Part shown: piece by piece, positions 63,420 to 64,000 of the stretch
How the letters are laid out: every line of letters starts with the position of its first letter
Numbering within the stretch: the first letter of the stretch is position 1
Assembly (NCBI GenBank): GCA_030704615.1
Contig: CM060732.1
Span: forward strand, 1,116,001-1,180,000
DNA: 64,000 nucleotides
Reading direction: 5' to 3'
From: Takakia lepidozioides
Taxonomy: Eukaryota > Plantae > Bryophyta
Position numbers and translations under genes: made by a program
The notes under the pieces: generated by a model
Told to the model about the DNA's origin: nothing
The model's database searches: none
What the model saw: the letters and a program-made list of their open reading frames with translations, nothing else

Positions 63420-64000
63420 CTGAGGTTGAGACTACAACCAGGACATCCCAACCCGTTGGACCTGGATCAAGTGGAGCACTTGGATCACAGGCCAACGAAG
63501 GTGTCGGCTCAGGGGGATCAGGCGGGCTGCCTGGATCTGGCTCTGGGGGGACAGGGAGTGTGGGAAGTAGTGCAACTGGAGCTGGGAATACTGTGAATAT
63601 CGTGGGACCAGTAGTAGGGACTGCTCAGGGGCCACCACTGGGTGGAAGATCCACCACAACTACAACAGGTCCTCAAGGACCAGCACCAGCAAGGGTGCCA
63701 GCACCTGTCAGTGGGCTGAAGGTAGGGCCACAGATGGCGTTACAACCAACACGGGCAAAACCACCTTTTCCAATATATTCAGGAAAATGGGATCTTGATG
63801 TACACATTAGCCAATTTGAGCACATGTGTATAATGAACAATGAGAATGACGATGATGCCAAGATGAGATTGTTTCCTTGTTCACTTATCAAGAAAGCAAG
63901 TGAATGGTATGCAAGATTCCCTGATAATCATTTCCTAACCTGGAATGGCTTGAATACAGCATTTCGAAATAGGTTCGGGACAAGTAAAACTGAGGATGAA
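63420..64000 (+). pseudogene. Gypsy family A gag (runs off the window)
   Basis: PIYSGKWDLDVHISQFEH...MRLFPCSLIKKASEWY...TWNGLNTAFRNRF. Confidence 0.85.

Overview
Repeat-dense eukaryotic DNA, most likely from a non-seed land plant (spliceosomal introns, PLS-type PPR relic, non-chromovirus Ty3/Gypsy elements). The only clearly intact host gene is a 6-exon ABCI19/21-like ABC ATPase (47031-49352, minus strand); almost everything else is nested transposons. Main find: a 12.2-kb Mutator-like (MULE) transposon (3979-16188; imperfect TIRs, 8-bp TSD AGATAGTC) inserted in a Gypsy integrase. It carries a GCM-like/DDE/SWIM transposase and a divergent multi-exon gene encoding a ParB/Srx-like domain fused to a bacterial/phage-type beta-class N6A/N4C DNA methyltransferase-like domain. 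Its intron, intergenic and subterminal DNA hold arrays of one palindrome, GGAAATTCGGCGCCGAATTTCC. A second copy (~31.8-39.6 kb, split by an inversion) supplies the MTase C-terminal exons deleted from the first. A third, diverged MTase fragment (~25.6-26.4 kb) lies between 96-bp satellite arrays built on the same palindrome. Also present: two Dualen/RandI-like LINE fragments (RNase H, CCHC, restriction-like endonuclease; a chromodomain in one), an L1 fragment, three LTR families and several MITEs. All domain calls are by eye from motifs; no database search was run.
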